In this document: piece after piece, positions 29,186-38,735 of the stretch
How the letters are laid out: each line of letters starts with the position of its first letter
Position numbering within the stretch: position 1 is the stretch's first letter
NCBI GenBank assembly: GCA_963719845.1
Contig: CAVRDM010000016.1
Coordinates: 14,654 to 78,653 of the forward strand
Direction of reading: 5' to 3'
DNA length: 64,000 bases
Source of the DNA: an uncultured Acidobacteriota bacterium
GTDB lineage: Bacteria > Acidobacteriota > Terriglobia > Acidiferrales > UBA7541
Notes under the pieces: generated by a model
The model's input: only the letters and a program-made list of their open reading frames with translations
What the model was told of the DNA's origin: nothing
Database searches by the model: none
Position numbers and translations under genes: made by a program

Positions 29186-31302
29186 ATGAGAATGAATATA
29201 ATCTTCGGAAACAAAATCATAACCGCACTCATCTTAACCTTGCTGATATTCGCGGCAGGCGCGCCGGCAAGCGCGAGAGTAGTCTCCGCTGTCGCTCCCG
29301 CGGTTCTAGGTTTTGGCAGTCAAACGGTCGGCACTTCCAGTATGCCCGCGCTGGTTACCTTCAGTAACAACACCAAAAGCAGCACGAAGGTCGTAAGTGT
29401 TTCGTTATCTCAGATTCAGTTCACCTATTCCGGGCCTGCTTTCCCGGTCACTCTGGCCCCCGGGCAAGCCTTTACCGGCGCAGTCACATTTAGTCCCACT
29501 GGTGCCCAGGCGTATAGCGGTACTCTGACATTCACTCGCGCCAATGGCGTCACCGAAGCGTCCAGCTTAAGCGGCACCGGTGTCCAACCAGTTGTTTCTC
29601 AGGCGAATCCTACGTCGCTTCTCTTGAGCGTCGCGCCTTGTGACTCCAACTTTAATTGTGTCGCCGGTGCGACTGATGCGATCGGACAATGGGTCAGGAT
29701 CACGGCCCACGTCATCTACACCGGAGCGACAATCCTACCGGAACGCTTTGCGTCCTGGACAACGGCTCCCCCGCAAGTTGCGGCCTGACGCCGGCAGCGG
29801 ATGAGAATTGGTACGTGAACAGCCTTGCCGCTGGGACGAACAAGCTCAGCGCCACATACGCCGGAAATTCGAGCTATGGCGCCAGCACCTCCGCAATCGC
29901 CACCCTCATCGTCGGATCAGCTACGCCGCCTCCCCAGGTTGTGGCGCCCGCAATCACGCTGCAGCCAGTAAGCCAAACCGTCGCGCCAGGGCAGACCGCT
30001 ACCTTCTTGGTTCAGGCTACAGGCACCGCCCCCCTGACTTATCAGTGGAGCAAGAGCGGTACCGTTATTCCCAACGCGACGTCTGCAAGCTATACGACCC
30101 CAGCAACGACGCTAGCCGATAACAGCGCTAAGTTCGTTCTCGTTGTCACTAACTCCGCCGGTACTTCCACCAGCAGCGCCGCAGTCCTCGGGGTGTTTCC
30201 GCCGACGTCCCTAGCTTTGACCGTGGCTCCTTGTGACTCCAACTTCAACTGCGTTGCCGGGACGGCTGGCGCGGTCGGCCAATGGGTCAGGATCACGGCC
30301 CACGTCATCTATACCGGAGCGACAAGTCCTACCGGAACACTTTGCGTCCTGGACAACGGCTCGCCGGCAAACTGCGGCCTGACGCCGGTTGCCGATGAGA
30401 ATTGGTACGTGAACAGCCTTGCCGCTGGGACAAACAAGCTCAGCGCCACATACGCCGGAAATTCGAGCTATGGCGCCAGCACCTCCGCAATCGCCACCCT
30501 CGTCGTCGGATCTACGCCCAAGGTTGTGGCGCCCGCAATCACGCTGCAGCCAGTAAGCCAAACCGTCACGCCAGGGCAGACGGCTACCTTCTCGGTTCAG
30601 GCTACAGGCACCGCCCCCCTGACTTATCAGTGGAGCAAGGGCGGCACCGTGATTCCCAACGCGACGTCTGCAAGCTATACGACCCCGGCAACGACGCTGG
30701 CCGATAACAGCGCTGCATTCGTTCTCGTCGTCACTAACTCCGCGGGTACTTCCACCAGCAGCGCCGCGGTCCTCAGCGTCAGCTCCACCACGCCGGTGTT
30801 GACAGCTAATCCATCCAGCTTGAGCTTCGGTAATACCACCATAGGCACCAGCAACACCCTGAGTGTAGCTTTGACGAATTCCGGCACCTCGAGCGTTAGC
30901 ATCTCCAACACCAGCATCTCCGGCGCCGGCTTCACTGCAACTGGCGTCTCGGGAACCATCCTGACTCCAGGGCAGAGCGCCAGCTTGAACGTCACCTTCG
31001 CTCCGTCGGGCGCAGGCTCAATATCGGGCAGTGTGTCCGTAACCAGCAACGCAGCAACCGCCAAAATCAATCTGTCCGGGGCGGGCATCCAGCCGGCCAC
31101 GACTTCCATTACCGTGACCCCGGCGAATCAGACCGTCTCGGTTGGAAACCAAGTCCAGTACCAGGCCATGGACAACCTCGGGAATGACGTCACCTCGTCC
31201 GTCACTTGGAGCAGCTCGGACGCAACGATTGTCACCATCTCGCCAACCGGGCTCGCCACTGGTGTGGCGGACGGCAGCGCAACGGTTGCGGCAACGAAAT
31301 GA
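29186..31302 (+). pseudogene. Secreted multi-domain surface protein (choice-of-anchor-D/HYDIN-like domains, two Ig-like YQWSK domains, C-terminal Big_2 domain), with one frameshift at ~29733
   Basis: ORFs 29186..29788 and 29689..31302 join into one protein. The signal peptide is MRMNIIFGNKIITALILTLLIFAAGAPASA. Copy 1 reads GCGACAA-TCCTACCGG where copy 2 (30320s) reads GCGACAAGTCCTACCGG, so a 1-nt deletion breaks HVIYTGATSPTGTLCVLDNG. The C-terminus ITVTPANQTVSVGNQVQYQAMDNLGNDVTSSVTWSSSD is Big_2-like. Confidence 0.7.
29612..30776 (+). repeat. Intragenic tandem duplication, two ~590-bp units (period 593 nt at the 5' end, 585 nt after indels)
   Basis: Unit 1 (29612..30204) and unit 2 (30205..~30776) align nearly base for base (TTGTGACTCCAAC at 29638 and 30231). 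They differ by scattered substitutions, a 1-nt indel (~29733) and a 9-nt indel (SATPPPQVV versus STPKVV). Confidence 0.85.
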
Positions 31303-31562
31303 GCACTGGCTATAACCTTCATCCTTGCCTGCCCACCAGGGCAGGTAAGGTACAGGGCGCGGTACAGGGAGCAACTTTGACCCTTTTTGGACCCACAGGC
31401 CAGACGATATTAATACCCAGCTCGGAGCATCATGCGGGGCTCACCGCGCGCCAGCGGATGGCGATGGTGCTAATCGCCATGGAGGAACACTCCTCTGCAC
31501 CGCGACCAGGCGCGCGGCTCGATTCTTCGAGCCAACCTAAAGAGCCTGGGGACGACACTGCG

Positions 31563-32228
31563 ATGAAAACAACCTGTCTGGTTCTCTTGATGTCCGGCAT
31601 CGTGCCACTGATCCAAGCGTCCAGTGCAAGCGCTGTGTCTTCGAATTCACACGCCGCTTATAGTGCGCAAAACCGCCAGCAAAGAAGTAGTAACCAATCA
31701 GGTGCAACATCGCAACTGCTGGCCAGCGTTTCGAACCTGGATTTTGGCGATGTAAATGTCGGCAGCAGCGGCGCTCTTGATGTGACTCTTACCAACAACA
31801 GCAACGATGCCATCGCGATCTCGAACGTCAGAGTATCTGGACCTGGCTTCGGCGCGAGCGGCCTCCCCGCAGGAACCATTTTGGATGCCGGGGAAAGCGT
31901 AAGTTTAACCGTGACTTTTTCACCCTCGAGCACTGGCGGCGTATCCGGCGATTTGACTGTCGCCACGGGTGCGGCGAACCCCGTTACGGTAATCAATTTA
32001 GCGGGCACTGGTGGGCCATCTGCGTCGATCTCCATCAGTATCGTGCCCGCCAATCAGACGATCTCGGTAGGCGACAAATTGCAATTCAAGGCAGTGGACG
32101 ACCGGGGCAACGACATTACGTCATCGGTGCTTTGGACCAGCTCAGATCCGTCGATCGTGGAAATCACCCCTGGCGGATTGGCGGTAGCGGTAGCCGACGG
32201 TCCCGTGACCATCGCGGCCGCCGAATAA
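31563..32228 (+). CDS. Secreted protein with a choice-of-anchor-D-like domain plus a Big_2 domain; paralog of the C-terminal third of 29186..31302
   Basis: The ORF track starts at 31206. The ATG at 31563 gives a signal peptide MKTTCLVLLMSGIVPLIQASSASA. It is colinear with the upstream gene: NLDFGDVNVGSSGALDVTLTNNS...VTFSPSSTGGVSG...IVPANQTISVGDKLQFKAVDDRGNDITSSVLWTSSD. Confidence 0.65.
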   Translation: MKTTCLVLLMSGIVPLIQASSASAVSSNSHAAYSAQNRQQRSSNQSGATSQLLASVSNLDFGDVNVGSSGALDVTLTNNSNDAIAISNVRVSGPGFGASGLPAGTILDAGESVSLTVTFSPSSTGGVSGDLTVATGAANPVTVINLAGTGGPSASISISIVPANQTISVGDKLQFKAVDDRGNDITSSVLWTSSDPSIVEITPGGLAVAVADGPVTIAAAE

Positions 32229-32370
32229 TCGTTTACACGCAGTCGCCGGGCGGCCGTCATAGCCAATCAGGGGCGACAGTTTTGATAACGCTTAAGCGAC
32301 TCAGTTACGATCTTAAAAAAATCGAGCTCAAATCTAAGGCAATATGTAATATAGGAAAGGTAGGCCTGTA

Positions 32371-33402
32371 ATGAAGAAATTTCTGGTCGTTATCATTGTT
32401 ATCGTTTGCCTAGCCACCGGTGCCCGGGCGCAAATCACCGGCAGTACGAAGCTGACGGTTGGATCAACCCAGGCATCGTCTCAGGGAGTCCTGTCCGGAT
32501 GCACCTACATCGGTTCCGGCGGCTGTTCCCTGCCCGCTGGCTGGGCGCTTGTAGCGCAACAGGACTTCGAATGCTCGAATTCGCATGCCATTCCAGCAAA
32601 TCCCTCGTGCGGCACACTCCCGGGGAACCAAGTCACTTCCGCGTCATTCCCCAACACCCCTAACGTATTCGAGACTACTCAGGCGCACAGCGGGACTTAC
32701 GGTTTTGGTGGGCTATATGGCGGTGACGGCGACCAAGTCGATTGGATTCTCAACAACGGTGTGATCGGTTCTTTTAAGACGATGTACCTCTCCTATTGGG
32801 AGTACGTCGATTCCAACGCCACCTATCCGAACTCTGACTACTATTATTTCCAGTCGCTGGGCACGGCGATTTGCGGGAGCATTCCCGCTGGCACCGCTTA
32901 CGATGCGGAGGATTTTAATGTTCCTACTCTTCCAGGAACGACCGCCTGGGTAGGCGCTGGTGGTGAGGGAGACCCTGGAGACAGTGTCAGCAGTCTGCCT
33001 AATTGCAACAATCAATTTCAATACAATACGGGCAAAAACGTCCCTCTAGCTCCAGGTACCTGGAGGCAGATCGAAGTCTTATACACCCCGAGCACCACTT
33101 TTACCGGCACTCAATATCAAATTCCCTCCGCGCACTGCACGACGGATGGACCAGGCGCTGTGGGGTGCGGTAACGGGGAACAGAGAATGTATATCAACGG
33201 TCAACTAGTAGAAGACAATCTGAATGTTAACCTGAACGGCAGCACTTCTATGACCAACGCTACCGTTCAGGCTGGCGGAGTTATCACTAATTTCTGTGAT
33301 GCCAACGGCACTCGCACGCAGTTCTTTGCCAGCTCCTGTCCCATGTACTCCCCGCCGCCGTTCCATCGCTATTTCGATGACATCATCGTCATTAAGCAAT
33401 GA
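32371..33402 (+). CDS. Secreted Cys-containing hypothetical protein
   Basis: 343 aa with signal peptide MKKFLVVIIVIVCLATGARAQ and AGGAAAGG upstream. Gly/Thr/Asn-rich, with beta-sandwich-like composition. No family recognised. Confidence 0.55.
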   Translation: MKKFLVVIIVIVCLATGARAQITGSTKLTVGSTQASSQGVLSGCTYIGSGGCSLPAGWALVAQQDFECSNSHAIPANPSCGTLPGNQVTSASFPNTPNVFETTQAHSGTYGFGGLYGGDGDQVDWILNNGVIGSFKTMYLSYWEYVDSNATYPNSDYYYFQSLGTAICGSIPAGTAYDAEDFNVPTLPGTTAWVGAGGEGDPGDSVSSLPNCNNQFQYNTGKNVPLAPGTWRQIEVLYTPSTTFTGTQYQIPSAHCTTDGPGAVGCGNGEQRMYINGQLVEDNLNVNLNGSTSMTNATVQAGGVITNFCDANGTRTQFFASSCPMYSPPPFHRYFDDIIVIKQ

Positions 33403-33979
33403 GCTTCGAGCGCAAGAGCGAAATGATGCCCACCAGGCCAACGCCCATGAGCGCGAGCGAGGAAGGCTCGGGTGTGGGACTGGGGGCATTGCTTGGCGAG
33501 TCTGCCGACAGCCAAGTAAAGGTTGTAACGCTGTGTTCGTCGTTAATGTTAAATCCTCCGCTAAAATCGTCGTTGCAGGACGTGGTTAGGCAGCCCATCG
33601 CCAGATTCTTGGTGCCTGACCCCTCAGACACATCAGCGGCTGACTGTGGGAAGTGGGCGACAAACAAATCAACTTCTGCTTGCGAGCTTATCCAGTCGAA
33701 CTCGGCGCTGAAGGTAGAAAACTGGCTGACGCCCGCAAACGTGAACGGCCCGAGTGGCCCGTTGGAGTTGAAGTTCATGTTGCTGATTTGTTGCGAGGTG
33801 GTGTTGTAAATGAACGACGTTTCTACACTCTCAACGACGCCAAGACTGGCGCTCGGCGGCTGCCCAGGAATTCCAAATACGAAATCGGTGAACGTTGCGT
33901 CGCCTATGATCCCGATGTTGTCAGCCTTGACCGGAAGAGCGCACAGCAGCAAGGCTCCCAATGCCCATGCGAATTTCAC
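33392..33979 (-). CDS. PEP-CTERM sorting-domain protein (exosortase substrate)
   Basis: The C-terminus ...SPTPEPSSLALMGVGLVGIISLLRSKLIA has a PEP motif, a hydrophobic helix and a basic cluster. The likely GTG start at complement(33977..33979) gives a signal peptide VKFAWALGALLLCALPVKA. The ORF track extends to 34051. Confidence 0.8.
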   Translation of the reverse strand: MKFAWALGALLLCALPVKADNIGIIGDATFTDFVFGIPGQPPSASLGVVESVETSFIYNTTSQQISNMNFNSNGPLGPFTFAGVSQFSTFSAEFDWISSQAEVDLFVAHFPQSAADVSEGSGTKNLAMGCLTTSCNDDFSGGFNINDEHSVTTFTWLSADSPSNAPSPTPEPSSLALMGVGLVGIISLLRSKLIA

Positions 33980-34389
33980 AGTGGAAAGTACCCCTGGTAC
34001 TCCTAGTACGCACGCGAAGGACCAATCGCTATCTGTAGGCAAGGAAAGCACCGAGCGACCGGCAAGTGTGCAAAGTTTTACTACTTCATGCCGTTAGGTA
34101 CCCATCGAGTACCAAATAGGGAAGACGTGGACATTCCCTAGCCCTTGGGAAGCGTCAAATTCCACACAAACTTCTGAGAACATGGCTCTGGTGAACGCGG
34201 CAGTCTATTCCGATTGCCAATCAACGCGCACGGTTAAAGCCATCACGCGGGCCGAGCCTATTTATCAGGCCTTGACCGCGCAAGAATTCTTCGAGGCAGC
34301 CTCAGACAGCTGCCAATATCGGCAACACCGCGATATCTCATCACCGAATCTGACGCCGGTAACTCTGAGCACGATAGTATAATAATCAT

Positions 34390-35493
34390 GTGGATATTTC
34401 AGCCGCGCTAAAGCGCCCCCACATACCGGCTCTTGATGGCATCCGGGCCGTATCCGTTCTGATCGTCATCCTCTACCATGGAGGACTCGAACGGGTTCCA
34501 GGTGACCTCGGGGTCGCGGCTTTTTTTGTGTTGAGCGGTTTTCTAATCACTTGGCTACTTTTCAAAGAAGAGGATCGTACCGCTTCCGTATCCCTGAAAT
34601 CCTTTTACTTTCGCAGAATTCTAAGAATTTTCCCCGCATACTATGTCTTCTTCACCGTGTCAATTGCCTTCGATTACATTCGTGGTTACCGCTGGGATCA
34701 CGCACTGATCTACTCAGGCCTCCTCTATGTGACCAACTACTACAACGCATTACACGGGCACCCGCCAGGGGCCATAGCTCACGCATGGTCGTTGGCTATC
34801 GAGGAGCAGTTTTACCTGCTTTGGCCTTTTCTGTTTCTCATGTTCCGCCGCCGGAAGGAATTCCTCATTTCTGCGATCGCGGTGGTATGTCTGTGGCGCA
34901 CCTATCTGTACGGTTTTCACCACGTTTCTCCTGCGTATGTTTACAATGCGTTTGATACGCGGTTCGACAATCTGGCCATCGGTTGCCTTTTGGCGGCACT
35001 TCTTCATTCACAAAAACTTCCGCGATGGATATCGCGGCAGTCAAACCCGCTCGCACTGCTGGCGCTCGGACTTCTCGTGATTTCGCGCAGCTTTTCGCCG
35101 CAACTCTACCACTATACCTTGGGCTTTACCGTGGACGCTTTGCTGATTTCCATTCTTATCGTTCAAGCAATTGCGTTACACGATTCCCGCTTTTGGGGGT
35201 GGCTTGAGCATCCCGTGAGCCGGTATATAGGAAAGATTTCCTATCCGATGTATCTCTATCACATCTGGGCAATCGGAGCCGCCTTGCGGTTTAACGCCGC
35301 CTTGCGGCTCCACGTATGGCCTATTCCCACCGCGATCCTGGTTACCGTACTGCTTGCCAGCGGATCCTATTACTTGGTTGAGGCGCCGTTTCTCCGCTTG
35401 AAGTCTAACTTAGAATCACTGGCGCAGAAACCAACGCTCAAGCATTCACCCCAGCGAGTTGAACGGTCACCTGGCACAATTGTTGGGCGCTGA
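34390..35493 (+). CDS. Acyltransferase family 3 (membrane O-acyltransferase)
   Basis: 367 aa with a GTG start. Contains ALDGIRAVSVLIVILYHGG, FYFRRILRIFPAYYVF and HAWSLAIEEQFYLLWPF. Confidence 0.8.
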   Translation: MDISAALKRPHIPALDGIRAVSVLIVILYHGGLERVPGDLGVAAFFVLSGFLITWLLFKEEDRTASVSLKSFYFRRILRIFPAYYVFFTVSIAFDYIRGYRWDHALIYSGLLYVTNYYNALHGHPPGAIAHAWSLAIEEQFYLLWPFLFLMFRRRKEFLISAIAVVCLWRTYLYGFHHVSPAYVYNAFDTRFDNLAIGCLLAALLHSQKLPRWISRQSNPLALLALGLLVISRSFSPQLYHYTLGFTVDALLISILIVQAIALHDSRFWGWLEHPVSRYIGKISYPMYLYHIWAIGAALRFNAALRLHVWPIPTAILVTVLLASGSYYLVEAPFLRLKSNLESLAQKPTLKHSPQRVERSPGTIVGR

Positions 35494-35738
35494 GTCACAA
35501 GGGCTCACTCTTGTAGCCGATTCTATAGACTTGCCAATCGCCCTCCTGCAAATGACGAGATAAAACGACGTTTCTTTCCCCTTCGAGGTCACATCGCCCC
35601 GTTCCAAGTTACACAAGCTACAGATGTAAGAGAGCGCCAGGACCTGACGGCAGTGTTACCATTACCTCTTCCGGGACGAGGAGGACCATTGCGGTTTGAC
35701 GCAAGCCGGTCTCAAAAACGTTCGCATCGGCTCAGGCC

Positions 35739-37433
35739 TTGTCGGTGATTCAACCCTGGGTTCGGGCGCGCTCCTGGTTTGAGAGTTGCAGCCCAGCCAG
35801 CGCGCTTGCGTTTTGTCTTCTGCTGTACGTCTCTCTCAGCCTTATCACCGCGTCGGCCTTCCTCGGGGATACGGTTGACTATGCCTCTTCGATCGTGCTG
35901 CGTTTTCACGGCAAGTATGGTGAGTTTTGGGAATTTGGCCATATCTTGTGGAGGCCCGTGGGATGGGCGATCACCCGGACCATCGAGGCCGTAAGGCCGG
36001 ACTGGGTTAAGGGCAACGCCGCGGATTATCATGTGGTTCTCACTCTTATTGCGGTCTCCTGGTTGGCAGGTTTCGCAACGCTTTACCTCTTCCACAGGAT
36101 GGCGTGCTTCGCTACAAACGACTTTTGGTGTGCGTCGCTCAGCACGGTTGGGTTTGCCACGGCCCAGGCGTTCCTGAACTTTGTGCAAGCCGGCACGGCC
36201 TACATCGCGGGCCTGGCATTGTTAACGCTGGCCATTTATACCCTTTATGATGTCGGCGACGATCCATTCCATGCTGATCGTATAAGCGCCTTGGGTGGAT
36301 TCGCCTTGGCCGGCGCTGTCTTGTTCTGGTTTCCATACGTTTTGGTGGTGCCCGCTGTGGTTTTCATCCCACTCGTGCTGCGTCGGGCGCTGCGCAGCAG
36401 CCTAATAACCGGCCTCTCATTCGCTATCGCGGTCGGACTAGTCTATCTCGCCGTAATTGTTGGCCTGGGATTGCATAGTCGCGCTCAGATCCTGGCGTGG
36501 TTAGGCGAGGCTTCCCATGGAATCCAGATCGCAGGCGTCGCGCGGGCGGTATTCGGCTTTGCCCGATCCTTCATCAATATGGGCGACGACGGCACATTAT
36601 TTAAACGGTATCTGTTGCACGACCCGTTCAGCCCCGTATCCGTAGCGGCTTTGTTGCGCATCGCCCTCGCGAAACTAGTCTTCTTCTACGCGCTGCTGGC
36701 ATCGGTCGTTGCAACCCTGCTGATTGCCAAGCGCTGGCGCCTCCTGGGTCTGCTTACGATGGCATTCGCCCCTGTTCTTCTTTTTGCGGTGCGTTGGCAG
36801 GGAGGCGACTTGGAGCGCTACCTGGCTTTGTACCCTTTCCTTTTCCTGGCGATCGCAATTTGTCTCTCTGAGCGTGCCCAGCGGTTTCAGCGGCTGCTCA
36901 GCGTGACTTTCATCGCGACTATGGCACTGGTCAACATATTTGCCCTCTCGCGCCATGCGAATAAATTGCAAGAAGAGACAATCGTCCGTCGGGCAAGCGA
37001 CATCTCGCCTTCTCTGCTTAACGCTGCTGGTGTGTTGTACGTGACGCACCAAGGCGACGAGTTCTCAAACTTCGCTCGCAGCTTCCCTCTCGACCCCTTC
37101 AACAGAAGCCGGTCGTTTCGCGTGCTAATGATCATCGAAACCGGCCATAGCGACGTACCGATGTGGAAAGCCACTTTCAGCCGAAATACTCTTGGTGCGT
37201 GGGAGAGGCAGGGAAACGTCTGGGTATCCCGAAGAGTGTTTAGTCCCTCGCCACAGCCGGGGTGGAACTGGGTCGAACACGATGACCCGCGAATCTCCTG
37301 GAAGGACCTGAGCCCGTTCTTCTCGCGGTTGGAGTACGAACAGTGTGTTGGAGGAAGCGACGGATTTTGTTTACTGGCGCCTTCTTCTGCCAATCGTCAG
37401 TTCCTCGCGCACGTGACGCTTTCGCCTATGTAG
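35739..37433 (+). CDS. Polytopic membrane protein with a ~190-aa soluble C-terminal domain, function unknown (GT-C-like architecture)
   Basis: 564-aa uninterrupted ORF with about 11 hydrophobic helices followed by a hydrophilic tail. No diagnostic motif recognised. Confidence 0.5.
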   Translation: MSVIQPWVRARSWFESCSPASALAFCLLLYVSLSLITASAFLGDTVDYASSIVLRFHGKYGEFWEFGHILWRPVGWAITRTIEAVRPDWVKGNAADYHVVLTLIAVSWLAGFATLYLFHRMACFATNDFWCASLSTVGFATAQAFLNFVQAGTAYIAGLALLTLAIYTLYDVGDDPFHADRISALGGFALAGAVLFWFPYVLVVPAVVFIPLVLRRALRSSLITGLSFAIAVGLVYLAVIVGLGLHSRAQILAWLGEASHGIQIAGVARAVFGFARSFINMGDDGTLFKRYLLHDPFSPVSVAALLRIALAKLVFFYALLASVVATLLIAKRWRLLGLLTMAFAPVLLFAVRWQGGDLERYLALYPFLFLAIAICLSERAQRFQRLLSVTFIATMALVNIFALSRHANKLQEETIVRRASDISPSLLNAAGVLYVTHQGDEFSNFARSFPLDPFNRSRSFRVLMIIETGHSDVPMWKATFSRNTLGAWERQGNVWVSRRVFSPSPQPGWNWVEHDDPRISWKDLSPFFSRLEYEQCVGGSDGFCLLAPSSANRQFLAHVTLSPM

Positions 37434-37487
37434 AAGGCGCCTTTGGCCTTTCCGGGCAGGCGTGTCGGTCAGAAATGCACGGGGGTA

Positions 37488-38735
37488 TTAGCGAATCGAC
37501 TCGTAACGTTGATCGCTTGTTTGAGGTTCAAATGCGCCCCGGTAAGCCTGTTGGAGTTGCTCTCCGATCTTGTCCCAGGAGTATTCCCGTTCCACGAGCG
37601 CACGTCCCGCGGCGCCCATCCTCTGTCGAAGCTCTTCGTTCTCGAAGAGGTGCACGATGCTGTCGGCGAAATCCCGCGGCGCATCCGCAACCAATATATT
37701 TTCCCCATGCGTTACGCGCAGGCCTTCGCAGCCGATTGTCGTAGTCACCATCGGCTTGCACATGGCCAGGGCGTCGAGAATTTTGAGTCGCGTACCACCG
37801 CCTTCCAGGAGCGGGCAAATGCAGACCGCAGCGCGCGCCAGGATGGGCCGCATATCGTCGGGGTTGGGGATCACCACGATGCTCGAATCGGCTTTTGCAA
37901 GAGCCAGGACCTCTTCCGCTGGGTTCTTCCCAGCCAAATAAAGCCGCGCATCTGCAAACCTGTTCTTCACCAGGGGCCATATCTCCCGCACAAAAAAACG
38001 AATGCCCGAAACGTTTGGATACCAGTCCAGCAGGCCGGTGAATGCCAGAGTGTTGCATTGTTCCTGTTCTCCTGCCGGCTGGAAATAACTGATATCGACC
38101 CCGTTCTCGACAACGCTGAAATTCGCGCGCGGCTGAATGGCACCCAACTGGTTGGCGTCTCCTTCGGAAACGACCAGGTTGTTTTCAAAATCGGCGCAGA
38201 TAGATCGTTCCATGCGCCTGAGTTCACGCGCTTGCAGCGCGAGAAAAGCTTTCCTCAGACGATTTGGTTCGCGCTGGGCGCGACGCAAGGCCATGGCCGA
38301 TTCGCAATTGTGGTGATTGAGCACTTTTCGGAAGCCCTTTGCTGCTGGCACGAAAAGACCGAGATCGATGGAGTCAAGGTGGAGCAATGCTTCCGGATTG
38401 TCGCGCAGAATTTGCTCCCAGCGCAACCGAAGCTTAGGTGAGTAAAGCGCTCGGCAGGAAAAAGGCACGCGGAAAAGAGGGCTGGCGAGTGCCGCCGCTT
38501 GCCACCGGACGCCTCTCCACGGATACGGCAATTCCCAGAATTCCACACGTGCGCAGTATTTCTTTAGCTCTGCCATGTGCGAGCGGAGGCGTTCAGGAGA
38601 TTCCCCCAAAAAATTGAGCGCCACCAGCGTGATTTGATACAAATGCGAGGCCTGTCGAATCAGGTTATAGCTTCGCTGCAGATTTCCGCCCTTGGGCGGA
38701 TATGGTACGAAATGCGAAAACCAAATGAGTTTCAT
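37488..38735 (-). CDS. GT4 (GT-B) glycosyltransferase, resembling the PEP-CTERM/EpsH1-associated sugar transferase family (TIGR03087-like)
   Basis: 415 aa. N-terminus MKLIWFSHFVPYPPKGGNLQRSYNLIRQ and C-terminal VCICPLLEGGGTRLKILDALAMCKPMVTT (E-x7-E region). Its start overlaps the stop of the upstream gene by 4 nt. Confidence 0.75.
   Translation of the reverse strand: MKLIWFSHFVPYPPKGGNLQRSYNLIRQASHLYQITLVALNFLGESPERLRSHMAELKKYCARVEFWELPYPWRGVRWQAAALASPLFRVPFSCRALYSPKLRLRWEQILRDNPEALLHLDSIDLGLFVPAAKGFRKVLNHHNCESAMALRRAQREPNRLRKAFLALQARELRRMERSICADFENNLVVSEGDANQLGAIQPRANFSVVENGVDISYFQPAGEQEQCNTLAFTGLLDWYPNVSGIRFFVREIWPLVKNRFADARLYLAGKNPAEEVLALAKADSSIVVIPNPDDMRPILARAAVCICPLLEGGGTRLKILDALAMCKPMVTTTIGCEGLRVTHGENILVADAPRDFADSIVHLFENEELRQRMGAAGRALVEREYSWDKIGEQLQQAYRGAFEPQTSDQRYESIR

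Noticed and set aside
37443-38441. 332-aa plus-strand ORF, with further nested ORFs at 37528..38058(-) and 37570..37941(+).
   Set aside because: They lie entirely inside and antisense or off-frame to the GT4 gene 37488..38735, which has canonical GT-B motifs. They show no motifs of their own.
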